64,000 nt of DNA from NCBI GenBank assembly GCA_965207065.1, contig OZ242260.1:1472001-1536000 (forward strand). The letters are read 5' to 3'. Numbering within the stretch: the first letter of the stretch is position 1; every line of letters begins with the position of its first letter. The notes below the pieces were generated by a model. That model had not been told where the DNA came from and ran no database searches. It was given only the letters and a program-made list of their open reading frames with translations. Origin of the DNA: a bacterium. GTDB lineage: Bacteria; UBA8248. This document shows positions 43,390-52,618 of this stretch, in pieces. The translations under genes were made by a program, and so were the position numbers.

Positions 43390-44004
43390 TCAGCGGCCTC
43401 CCTGCCGGTTTCTTTTTCGTTCACCCCATCGATGAACCTCACGTCGGTGATCACGTCGGCCAGATGACGCAAGCCGCTTAGCCGCCCCCATCGCTTCTCG
43501 GCGCTCATGGCGAGTTGATGCACCAGGCTCAGCGCCGTCTTCTCGCTCAGGCAGTTCCTCGTCTTCGCCGTTCGCAGCCGGATCGTGGCGAAGGTCGACT
43601 CGATGGGGTTCGTCGTCCGGATACTCCGCCAGTGCGCCGCCGGGAAGTCGTAGAAGGCGAACAACTCCTCGCGGTCCCGCGCCAGACACTCGGCGGCCTT
43701 GGGGTACTTCGCCTCCCAGGTGGCGAGAAAGCGTTCAAACGCCTTCTCCGCGCGCTCGCGGGCGTCGGCCCCCCACATCTCATACAGCATCGGCCTCGCT
43801 TCGCTCTGAACGCTTTTGGGCAGCTTGTCCAGAACGTTCGCCGTCTTGTGAACCCAGCAGCGCTGCGCCCGGGTCTCGGGATACACCTCGGCCAGCGCCG
43901 ACCAGAACCCCAGCCCCCCGTCGCCCACCGCCAGCTTCGCCGCCTTCACCCCCCGCTCCCGCAGGCTCAACAGAACCGCCTTCCAGCTCTCCTTCGATTC
44001 CCGG
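43390..44004 (-). pseudogene. IS256 transposase 3' half
   Basis: ESKESW, VGDGGLGFW, QRCWVHKTANVL and RTTNPIESTF motifs. Confidence 0.88.
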
Positions 44005-44191
44005 TTATGTAGAGCTCTACATAACCGGGATTATGTGGAGTTCATGGTTATGTGGAGTTCATCCTGGAGTTCGTTGTTTTTGTGTGGTTTGCGGGTAGCG
44101 AACTCCACATAACTTTTGCATCGTCTCTCCTGTCCGCGTCGTTTCGGAGAGCGGCGGCAAGACAGGCCTGCCGCCGCTCTCCGTTCCCTCA

Positions 44192-45202
44192 TCAGCACCT
44201 CGAGCGTTGTCCGTCTCCATTGCCTGCGAGCATGGCGAGCAGCTTGTCGGGCGCCCGGAAGCGACCCGGCCGGAGGTCCGGCAATCGGGCGCCGTCGAGC
44301 ATCTCGAGTTTTTCTGTGGGGTCGGCGTGCAGATAGACCTCGGTGCTCTGGATGGTCGCATGTCCGAGCCAGAGGGAGACCTTGCGCATGTCCCCGGTTG
44401 CCTGAAGCGTATGCATCGCGCAACTGTGTCTCAGGGTGTGGGGCGTCACGTGTTTGCCGGCGAGGCCCGGCTCCGCCCTGGCCGCGTTCTTCAGATGTTT
44501 TGCGAGTATGACGTTGAACCCCCAGCGGCTCAGCCTTCGCCCGAGCCGGTTGTGGAACAGTTCCGGGTCGCCTTCGGGGTCGCGCAGGCGGAGCCATGCC
44601 TCGATGCCCGAGCGCGTCTCTTTCCAGAGCGGAAGTCTCCGCTCGCGGCGTCCCTTGCCCATGATCCGGACGCCGGCCGGCGCCCGGCGGTCGTAGTCGT
44701 CGAGCTTCAGGGCGGTCAGTTCACTGACGCGCAGTCCGCAGGCGTACGTCAGATGGAGCATGGCCCGGTCACGTATTCCGTCCCTTCGCCCCGGGTCGGG
44801 CGCGTCGAGCAGGGCCTTGATCTCGGCGCGGGTGAGCCAGGCCACCAAGGCCTTGTCTGCCTTCTTCTTCGGGATCAGGGCGATCCGGACGGCTTGCTCC
44901 AGGGTGCCGGGCTCGCGCCATTCGACGAAGCGGAAGAACGCCTTGACGGCCGCGAGGCGCGCGTTGCGCGTACTGACGGCCGCGCCCTTGCGCTCGACGT
45001 GCTCCAGGAAGGCGAGCACCATATCCGCGTCGATCTGCTCGAGAGCAAGCTGCGAAGGTCTCACCCCGAGCCTGCGGGCGACGAAGCGCAGCAGCAGCGA
45101 CAGCGCTCGCGAGTAGGCGTCCACCGTGTTCGGGCCGGCGCCCTTCTCAAAGGGGAGATGCTCGGACACGAAGGCGCTTGCATGCCGGGCCAGCGGGGTC
45201 AT
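44192..45202 (-). CDS. RIT tyrosine recombinase C
   Basis: GLRVSEL, GKGRRER, HTLRH, LGH and Y motifs. Confidence 0.9.
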   Translation of the reverse strand: MTPLARHASAFVSEHLPFEKGAGPNTVDAYSRALSLLLRFVARRLGVRPSQLALEQIDADMVLAFLEHVERKGAAVSTRNARLAAVKAFFRFVEWREPGTLEQAVRIALIPKKKADKALVAWLTRAEIKALLDAPDPGRRDGIRDRAMLHLTYACGLRVSELTALKLDDYDRRAPAGVRIMGKGRRERRLPLWKETRSGIEAWLRLRDPEGDPELFHNRLGRRLSRWGFNVILAKHLKNAARAEPGLAGKHVTPHTLRHSCAMHTLQATGDMRKVSLWLGHATIQSTEVYLHADPTEKLEMLDGARLPDLRPGRFRAPDKLLAMLAGNGDGQRSRC

Positions 45203-46116
45203 GACGCGTCCTCCCCATGGAAGGCTTCCGTCCGCCGGGCGACTTCTCCCAGCAGCGCCTCGGTGCTCTCGTGATACCACCAGGTATGGGCGACGGAGGC
45301 ATGGCCGAGCCAGGCGCTGAGAGCGACCATGTGCCGGGCGACCGCCCGCCGCCCGGAGCCGCAGGCTTCGAGCGAGCGCACCGCGAAGGTGTGGCGCAAG
45401 TCGTGGATACGCGGGTTGCGCCCGTCTTCCCGCGCACCTGCGAGACCTGTGCGCGAGCGCATCCGGCGGAACACGGCGCGGGCCGCGGAAGGACCCATGC
45501 GGCCGCGGCCGTCGGCCAGGAAGAGGGCTTCGGTATCCGCCGGCACGCGAACCCGCGCCCGGAGGTGACGCGCGAGTTGCGTTTCGACCGTGGGATGGAA
45601 GGGCAGCAGGCGCCGTCCTCCACGCTTCGCCGTCCTGACCATCAGTCCCTCCGGGGTGACGTCATCCACGTCGATCGCCAGCGCCTCGCAGCCCCGCAGT
45701 CCGGTGGCGGCGATCAGCCCGAACAGGATCCGGTACTGGCCCGGGACCGGGCACCTGATCGTGGCGCACTCATCGGCCACGGCCAGGAGCGCGGCGATCT
45801 CGGAAGCAGAGTAGATGTAGGGCTTGGGCCGCACCCGGTGCGCGCGGGGCAGGACGTCCGCCGGAGGCGCCTCGTGCCGGGGGTCCTCCACGGCCATCGC
45901 CAGGGCGAAGCGGCGCACGAGCAACACCAGTCTGCGCCGCTGCAGGGCCGATGAGGAACGGCGCGCCCATTCGAGGACGCTCTGCGTGTTGACGTGGCTA
46001 TCGCCGCGGGCCTGCGCGAAGGCGGCGTAGTTCGCGAGACGCCGGGCGTCCTTGCGGAAGCTGCGCCCGGCGGCGCGGATGGAGGCGACGTATCGCTCGA
46101 CGGCATCGACGATCAT
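45199..46116 (-). CDS. RIT tyrosine recombinase B
   Basis: PYIYS, TGLRGCEA, HDLRHTFA and WLGH...TWWY motifs; ATGA overlaps. Confidence 0.9.
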   Translation of the reverse strand: MIVDAVERYVASIRAAGRSFRKDARRLANYAAFAQARGDSHVNTQSVLEWARRSSSALQRRRLVLLVRRFALAMAVEDPRHEAPPADVLPRAHRVRPKPYIYSASEIAALLAVADECATIRCPVPGQYRILFGLIAATGLRGCEALAIDVDDVTPEGLMVRTAKRGGRRLLPFHPTVETQLARHLRARVRVPADTEALFLADGRGRMGPSAARAVFRRMRSRTGLAGAREDGRNPRIHDLRHTFAVRSLEACGSGRRAVARHMVALSAWLGHASVAHTWWYHESTEALLGEVARRTEAFHGEDAS

Positions 46117-47354
46117 GACGCGCCTCCCGGCCAGGGCTGCGCAATCTCGCGAAGCCGTATCGGGTCCGTTCTGGCGTAGATGGAAGTGGTCAGTATACTC
46201 CTGTGCCGCAGGAGCGTGGCGATGGTCTCCAGCGTGGCGCCGTCTTCGAGCAACCGGCAGGCCACCGAATGGCGAAGCAGGTTTACGCCTCCCGATGGAG
46301 TATCCTCCAATCCCGCGCGGCGCAGGGCGCTCGCGACGATTGAGCCGACGACGGACGAGGAGGAGAAGGGACGCCAGGGCGGACGCATACAGAGGAACAC
46401 GTGCGGGTCGTCCAACGGCGGCCGCCCGTCCTTCAGCCAGACGAGGATGGCGTCGCCGACCTCCTGGGGCAGGGGCAGCGTGGCCTCGCGACGCCCCTTG
46501 CCCGTGACGCGCAGACGTCCGCGCCGCCAGTCGATCTGCTCGAACGTCAGGCCGCCGGCGTCGCCCGCCCTGAGCCCCAGCCGGGCGACCAGGAGCAGGA
46601 AGGCGAGGTCCCGCCGTCCGATCGCCGTGCCCGTGTCGCAGGAGGCGAGGAGCCGCTCCACCTCCGCCGCCTTCAGGCCGCGCGGAACGTTGTCGCGCCG
46701 CGGCATGACGACGCACGGCACGGCTCTTGCCAATATCGCCGGACACCGGTCGAGCGCGGCGTTGTACCCGAGCCAGGAGCGTAGCGCCGTCGCTCTCGAC
46801 TTCCGGGAGGGCAACTTCCCGGACAGACCCGCGTGGGAGAACGCCGCGCGAAGGTTCGCGGCGTCGTAGCGCGCCGGGTCCGTGCCGACCAGCGGCAGCA
46901 GTTGGCTCAGCGCGCACTCGTAGCGCCGCAGGCTCGAGGCGGCCAGCCCCTTGTGCCGCCCAAGCCAGTCGAGCCAGGCCGCGACCTCCGGCGCCCGTTC
47001 CGGCGTTCGCACCGCCGGAGCATCGGTCACCCCGCTCCCTGAGAGGAACCGCACGAACCTTCGCACCCCGTAGAGGTACCTCTTGCCGGGCGGACGGCGG
47101 CGCGCCCCGGGACAGCGGCACTCATGAGCGCCGAAGCGAGCCACATCGCTCTCGACGGCGTCATCCGGACATCTGCCCGTCAAGTGAAGCCAATGGCAAA
47201 AATGCCGGGCTGCCTGAACGTATCCCTCCACCGTCGAGCAAGTGTGATCGAGTTGGAACAGATGATGCCGGTAGGCGTCGACGTGCCGGGCGTGCGGCCC
47301 CATGTCCATCAACCAGCGTCGTGTGACAGGATCGAATCGTGTCGTATCGGGCAT
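46113..47354 (-). CDS. RIT tyrosine recombinase A
   Basis: RLGLRAGD, GKG, NLLRH and LRH...YA motifs. Confidence 0.9.
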   Translation of the reverse strand: MPDTTRFDPVTRRWLMDMGPHARHVDAYRHHLFQLDHTCSTVEGYVQAARHFCHWLHLTGRCPDDAVESDVARFGAHECRCPGARRRPPGKRYLYGVRRFVRFLSGSGVTDAPAVRTPERAPEVAAWLDWLGRHKGLAASSLRRYECALSQLLPLVGTDPARYDAANLRAAFSHAGLSGKLPSRKSRATALRSWLGYNAALDRCPAILARAVPCVVMPRRDNVPRGLKAAEVERLLASCDTGTAIGRRDLAFLLLVARLGLRAGDAGGLTFEQIDWRRGRLRVTGKGRREATLPLPQEVGDAILVWLKDGRPPLDDPHVFLCMRPPWRPFSSSSVVGSIVASALRRAGLEDTPSGGVNLLRHSVACRLLEDGATLETIATLLRHRSILTTSIYARTDPIRLREIAQPWPGGAS

Positions 47355-47500
47355 CGTAACCTCCTGTTGTGAATAGGCGCCCGAAGCGCGGGCGCGGACA
47401 GGAGAGACGATGCAAAAGTTATGTGGAGTTCGCTACCCGCAAACCACACAAAAACTACGAACTCCAGGATGAACTCCACATAACCATGAACTCCACATAA

Positions 47501-48132
47501 TCCCGGAAGCCCGGCTCCAGGGCCAGGAAGCGCTTGCGGCCCCGCGCGTCGCAGCCCACAACCACCAGAAGACAGCGCCGCTCCCCGCTGCGCACGTTCA
47601 CGTAGATGCCGTCCGCCCACAGATACGCGAACTCCTCGTCATCCCACGCCCGCTCGCGCCACTGCGCGTACTCGCGCTCCCAGCCCTCCTTGAGACGCGA
47701 GACCGTCGACGGGGACAAGCCCCCCACCGACTCGCCGAACAGCGCCCGGAGCGCCTCATCGAAGTCGTTCGTCGATACCCCCTTCAGGTACAGCCACGGT
47801 ATCACCGCCTCCACGCGCCGCGTCTTGCGCAGATACGGCGGCAACAACTCCGAGCGGAAACGCCGCCCCGAACCCGACCTGTCCCGCGTCCGCGGGACAC
47901 GGACACGCACCCGACCCACTCCCGTCAATACCTCCCGCGACGGCAGATAGCCGTTGCGCACCACCGCGCGACGACCCTGCGCGTCGTGTTCGCCCGCATG
48001 TTCTGCCAGATAGGCTTCCAACTCCGCTTCCACCGCCTGGCGGATGATTCGCTGCGCGCCCGCGCGTACCAGTTCGCTCAACTCGTCGCGATAGGCTGGA
48101 TTCCGGAAGGGAATCGTCGTATCTTCTCTCAT
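47501..48132 (-). pseudogene. IS256 transposase 5' half
   Basis: VRNGY, VPRTRDR, LYLKGVST and YLWADG motifs. Confidence 0.88.
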
Positions 48133-48322
48133 GGTGGCGCATCTCCTTGTGCTGAATGACCGGGCTTCTGACAACCCTATTTCAGCAGGATGCGCCGCCT
48201 TCTTCAATTCAGCCCATACACAAGTTCTGAGAGTAACTCCAGTATATACGATGATTTTTGCAAAAGGAAAAATTGGTGATTGGTCGTAATTGCATAAGGC
48301 ATATACTCACTTGACTAACCCA

Positions 48323-49291
48323 CTATCTATCAGGCCATATTTCAGCATCCTCGCCCGGTTCTTGATTTGGCCTGAAATCCAGCAGGTAGGTTTCGGGGTC
48401 GATTTTCGAGAACGTAACATCTGTCCGGCCATACTCGATGAGGTGATGCCTCGTCACATACACGCCAGAACCAACACGTAGACGCGCCCTCAAGTAAGCA
48501 CCGAGCAAACTGTTGTCCTGTGTAGTGTGCAATCCCTTTCCGGCATCTTGAGCGCGAACACATATGAAGCTGTCGCCATCATCCGTAAGAACCGTGAATT
48601 GCTCAAACCTGTCAGGGAAGAATCCACTACGCCCCACGCTTGCGGGAATGTTGATGTAGGCTTGGTTCGGGTTTCTCCCAGACCTTTGCCCCCAGTTAAT
48701 GCCCGATCTGGTAGGCGTCTCACCTTCTCTCGAAAGAAGAGTGAGGGTAACGCTTTCAAGTGGGCTTCCCGTCTCAAAACCCTTCCGGCTTTGCAGCAAG
48801 GTGATCTGAGTGTCGATATGGGGCTGAATGCAGTCCGATGCGTTCCTGAGAATGAGGTTGTGGAAGTCGTTTGCATCGCATGAATCGGCTGGGGACATGA
48901 CCTCTATTTGCGCCCTTCCGAATCCCGTCATAGTATAGTTGGCGGAGCCGCAGAAAGCCTTTATCGGCTCTCCTTTGGCATTCAACCACACATACGATTT
49001 AGCATGAACTGGATTGCCTCGAACCACGTATCGGCAAATGAAGTCCGTATCCCAGGACGGATGATCCATCATTTTGCAGAATGCGGAATGCTGGGCTTCC
49101 TCTATCCCGTGTTGTATCGTCATGCCGATTATGAGTTCTATCGAGATGTTGAGGTCTAGTTCCTTCAGGTGCTCCATATGCCTGTCGGCCATATTCGCGG
49201 TAGCGAATCCGCTGACAATACGCAGGCGCCCTCCGTTCACGTCATACGCGGGCGATAGCAGGACTTCACGGAAGAGGTCTTCGTGGATCAT
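48323..49291 (-). CDS. PLD-family type II restriction endonuclease (NgoFVII-like)
   Basis: IVSGFA, HAKSY...GSANYT...E; C-terminal SGINWGQR..RNPNQAYI domain. Confidence 0.82.
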   Translation of the reverse strand: MIHEDLFREVLLSPAYDVNGGRLRIVSGFATANMADRHMEHLKELDLNISIELIIGMTIQHGIEEAQHSAFCKMMDHPSWDTDFICRYVVRGNPVHAKSYVWLNAKGEPIKAFCGSANYTMTGFGRAQIEVMSPADSCDANDFHNLILRNASDCIQPHIDTQITLLQSRKGFETGSPLESVTLTLLSREGETPTRSGINWGQRSGRNPNQAYINIPASVGRSGFFPDRFEQFTVLTDDGDSFICVRAQDAGKGLHTTQDNSLLGAYLRARLRVGSGVYVTRHHLIEYGRTDVTFSKIDPETYLLDFRPNQEPGEDAEIWPDR

Positions 49292-50373
49292 ATTGTGAGT
49301 TCATAAGCAGGGACGTCATGCTTGACGAGTGAATTCAGGACGGCGCGATAAACGACCTCCGCGCCCTTCGGTGGAACGGCCATGCCGATTTGCTTTCGCA
49401 CGGATTCTTTCCCGCCCTCAAAGACAAAGCTGTCGGGAAATGTTTGGAGTCTCGCCCTTTCTCTATTCGTCAAGGCGCGATTTTCTTCCCAATGATATAG
49501 ATGCGTTCCACCGCCACCGGAACCAGTAACCGTATAGCTTGGCGCATCCGGCTTGAGTCTTCTGTAAATTTGGCTGATGGTTGCGCCGCTCTTGAGGTTC
49601 AATTTTAGATGCTTGGGCAAATCAGCCGTGAAGGCGTTCTCTCCCGGCTTGATATGTTTCAACCTCTCGACAACATTTCCAGACTGGTTTGTGCGCTCGT
49701 TGTTGGTCGCATCATCCGGTATGTCGCTCAATGCTTCTTTAGCCGTATTGAAATTATCCATGTGTGTGGGCGCAGGATGCTCGAAAGAATCAATGCCCAG
49801 GTCTTTGCGAAAACCGACCACGAACAATCTGTGGCGCGCTTGAGGCACTCCGTATTCCTCTAGGCGATAGGTGTGCGGGAAAATCGCATATCCGGCTTTT
49901 CGCAGGGAAGACAGGATGATGGCAAAGTCTTTATTATCACCGCTCGACTTGATGCCGCTCACATTCTCGGCTACGAAAAATGCAGGTTTCTTCGCCTTGA
50001 GCGCACGCACTCCCCAGATGTAAAGGCCACCATGCTGGCCAGATATACCCCGTCGCTCTCCTATTACGCTGAAATCATTGCATGGGAACCCGAAGGCCAG
50101 CCCGTCAATATCCGCCAGTTCCTTGAAGTCCAAGTCCTTCACATCCCCGCACATGACACCGCCTTCCGGCAACGGGATATTATTTTCGAGCGTCTTGCAA
50201 GCATCCGCGTCCCTGTCGTTTACCCACACGTGAACGAAACCATGCCCGCCCACCTTCGCGTTGTGCGCGCCCAGCGTCATGCCTCCTGCACCAGCAAATA
50301 ATTCACCTATCCGATAGGTCTTGTGATCCGGAGATGGAGCCATAGCGAGCGCAAGCTGATTGTCGAAGCTCAT
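49288..50373 (-). CDS. DNA (cytosine-5) methyltransferase
   Basis: ELFAGAGG, GFPCNDFS, ENV, YGVPQARHR, RERARLQTFP and QIGMAVP motifs. Confidence 0.95.
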   Translation of the reverse strand: MSFDNQLALAMAPSPDHKTYRIGELFAGAGGMTLGAHNAKVGGHGFVHVWVNDRDADACKTLENNIPLPEGGVMCGDVKDLDFKELADIDGLAFGFPCNDFSVIGERRGISGQHGGLYIWGVRALKAKKPAFFVAENVSGIKSSGDNKDFAIILSSLRKAGYAIFPHTYRLEEYGVPQARHRLFVVGFRKDLGIDSFEHPAPTHMDNFNTAKEALSDIPDDATNNERTNQSGNVVERLKHIKPGENAFTADLPKHLKLNLKSGATISQIYRRLKPDAPSYTVTGSGGGGTHLYHWEENRALTNRERARLQTFPDSFVFEGGKESVRKQIGMAVPPKGAEVVYRAVLNSLVKHDVPAYELTI

Positions 50374-51296
50374 CCGGTAAGCTCCCGCCAAGAGAGTTTC
50401 CCGCAGGTGATGCGGCTGATGATGTTTTCACATCGGATGCCTGAGCTTCGCTCTTTCCTCATGTTGAATCGAGCGGAGTATTCGTCCACATAGCGATGCA
50501 AATGCTTCGCGCTCATCTTGTAATAGACGCCGATATAACCGCGCTTGAGCAAGCTCCAAAAGCTTTCCACGCCATTCGTATGCGCCATGCCCTTCACATA
50601 CTGGCCTACGCGGTGGTTCACCATGACATGATGATAGAGACGGCCTAGATGCCGATAGGAGAGAAACTCATCCGTTGAAATGACCGACCCGGATGCGACC
50701 GACTTGAGGACTTCCCTTGCTATGGTGCGCTTCTTGGTGTTCTCGACTGGACGGGCCACAATATCTCCGCCTCGTTGTAACATCGCCAGGACGGGTTTCT
50801 TCGTTTTTAGACTGCGCCCCTTGGTTCCTCCGGTGCGCTTGTGTTTATGCTTGTTGGCCTCTCGACCCCCGATATAACTTTCATCGACCTCAATCGTTCC
50901 CGAGAGCTTGGGAGCCTTTTCGGTTGCGCCAAAGGCTTTTCTGATTCTGTGTTCCATGAACCATGCCGTATTGTATGCAACGCCAAGCTCACGCTGCAAC
51001 TGCGTAGCGGGAATGCCTCTGCGATTCGAGGACATGAGCCATATCGCCACGATCCATTTTCGGAGAGGAACTGGAGAATCCTGAAATATCGTGCCGATTC
51101 TCACAGTGAATTGATCACGGCAATCAGCGCACTTATACCGCTTCCCATCGCTGAAAGCATAGACCTTGCCCGTGCTTCCACACTTAGGGCAATACATCCC
51201 ATGCCGCCACCTGATTTGCGCGATGTACTTGTGAGCCGCTTCCTCGTTCGGTATGTTTTCGTATAGCTGATTCAGGCTGTCAAAACTTATTTCCAT
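50370..51296 (-). CDS. IS1595-family transposase
   Basis: CPKCG/CADC zinc ribbon, EVDESYIGG, STDEF, VNH and HTNGVESFWS motifs. Confidence 0.93.
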   Translation of the reverse strand: MEISFDSLNQLYENIPNEEAAHKYIAQIRWRHGMYCPKCGSTGKVYAFSDGKRYKCADCRDQFTVRIGTIFQDSPVPLRKWIVAIWLMSSNRRGIPATQLQRELGVAYNTAWFMEHRIRKAFGATEKAPKLSGTIEVDESYIGGREANKHKHKRTGGTKGRSLKTKKPVLAMLQRGGDIVARPVENTKKRTIAREVLKSVASGSVISTDEFLSYRHLGRLYHHVMVNHRVGQYVKGMAHTNGVESFWSLLKRGYIGVYYKMSAKHLHRYVDEYSARFNMRKERSSGIRCENIISRITCGKLSWRELTG

Positions 51297-51554
51297 GACC
51301 TTCCCTCCCTATGATGATAACAATATACATCATTTAATTGGGTTAGTCAAGTGAGTATATGCCTTGCATAAAGGTACACTCTACGTTACGTCTGTTCGGT
51401 ATTTCTTTTTTGCTCCTTATTCCCTATGTCCAAATCTTCGATCCACACGGAACTAACTGCGCCGTCAATATTATTATGTTCAGCTTACCACGGAATGATC
51501 TCGCAGCTGACTAGATACTGAGATAATCACTATCATTGGCACCAGAAGGCTGCG

Positions 51555-52432
51555 GTGCCATCTGGCGGAGTTCGGGCTCATCGCTCCAAAAGGGGCCGGT
51601 TCATCTCACATGGTTGCTGTTGGCAGTGAAAGGTCTGGACTCGGGTCTGCCGGAGGCGGTGCACGAACTGGGCGGGGTTCTGCTCGCGTAGATTGCCAGC
51701 CTGAAGGAGAAGATACAGGAGTTGGAGGGGCAACTGCGCGCGAGCGCGCGCGAAGACGAGGAGGCGAGACACCTGATGAACATCCCGGGGGTCGGGTCGC
51801 TCTGCGCGTCGGTGATACAGGCCTTCGCGCCGCCGATGGAAAGCTTCCGACACGGGAGGGATTTCTCCGCCTAGATCGGCCTCGTGCCCCGACAACACTC
51901 CACGGGCGGCAAAACGCGGGTGGGCAGAATATCAAAGATGGGCCAGCGCGACATCAGGCGGCTTTTGATCATAGGGGCCATGGCGGTAGTGGGTTGGGCG
52001 GTCCGGCGCGGCGCGCCGGCGGGTTCATGGTTGGCCCGGATGTTGGCGCGCAAACCTCTTATGCTGGTCGCGGTGGCGCTGGCGAATCGAATGGCGCGCA
52101 TCGCTTGGGTGTTGATGACGAACAGGGAATTCCACAAGGAGCCTGTGCCGGTCATCTGAGCGGCAGGCGAGTGAATATAGCCGGGAGGAATGTAAGCAGG
52201 TCGGAGGACGGGTAAGGGAAAATGGTCGACGAGACGGGATCGGGAAAACCAGGGTACATTCGAGAGTTAACAAGCTCGCGAGGCCGATTCGGACCCGGTC
52301 CGCGCATCTCCATACGGGCCCGCGGTAAGAGTTAAACGCCGCAAACGAGAGGTCGGACATACGACTGCACCTGACCACGGACCCTGAATCGTTGAAATAA
52401 CATGCTTGTATTCACGGGGTCGTCCACATACG
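51555..52432 (+). mobile_element. IS110/IS1111-family remnant (5'-truncated, internal stops) with intact 3' non-coding end
   Basis: GLVPRQHSTGGK...VALANRMARI; end CGTCCACATA|CG as in copy 1. Confidence 0.85.
52160..52430 (+). ncRNA. Predicted bridge/seek RNA region of IS110 copy 2
   Basis: Homologous to 39429-39692; guide GTACATTCG (52254-52262) is the reverse complement of the flank 52431-52439. Confidence 0.75.
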
Positions 52433-52618
52433 AATGTACGACAGAGCCTGACCGTATTGCGACGAACCCTCCGAAGAAAACGCTTGCATTCTAGTGGGCG
52501 TCCATGTTCATAAATATACGATTGGGTGAACGCGACCTCCCATCGACAGCGACTCGTTTGCTTTTGTTGCCAAGTCAGCGCATGCCACTTAACGAGATGT
52601 ATCAGTGGGAGTGAGGAA

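Larger units (their letters stand above)
44005..47500 (-). mobile_element. RIT element 2 inserted in the IS256 transposase
   Basis: ~108-bp inverted repeats (44031-44138, 47393-47500, one mismatch); palindrome TTATGTAGAGCTCTACATAA at 44005-44024; TCCCGG duplicated. Confidence 0.92.
39400..48239 (-). mobile_element. IS256-family element hosting an IS110, an LSR element and a RIT
   Basis: Inverted repeats GAGTTACTGTCAAATGTTGTGTATGG (39400) and CCATACACAAGTTCTGAGAGTAACTC (ending 48239); transposase halves at 47501-48132 and ~43390-44004. Confidence 0.85.
48298..51363 (-). mobile_element. IS1595-family transporter element carrying a type II R-M system
   Basis: Perfect 25-bp TIRs GGCATATACTCACTTGACTAACCCA; 8-bp TSD TTGCATAA at 48290-48297 and 51364-51371. 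Confidence 0.93.

Noticed and set aside
43032-43970. IS256-IS110 fusion protein (312-aa ORF)
   Set aside because: Read-through between adjacent broken elements, not a selected fusion.
44005-44140. CRISPR-like array of TTATGTGGAGTTC repeats
   Set aside because: These are recombinase-binding boxes in the RIT inverted repeat, mirrored at 47393-47500; no spacers.
45199-47121. 640-aa recombinase ORF
   Set aside because: The true start is 46116 (ATGA overlap); the extension is an alternative frame of recombinase A.
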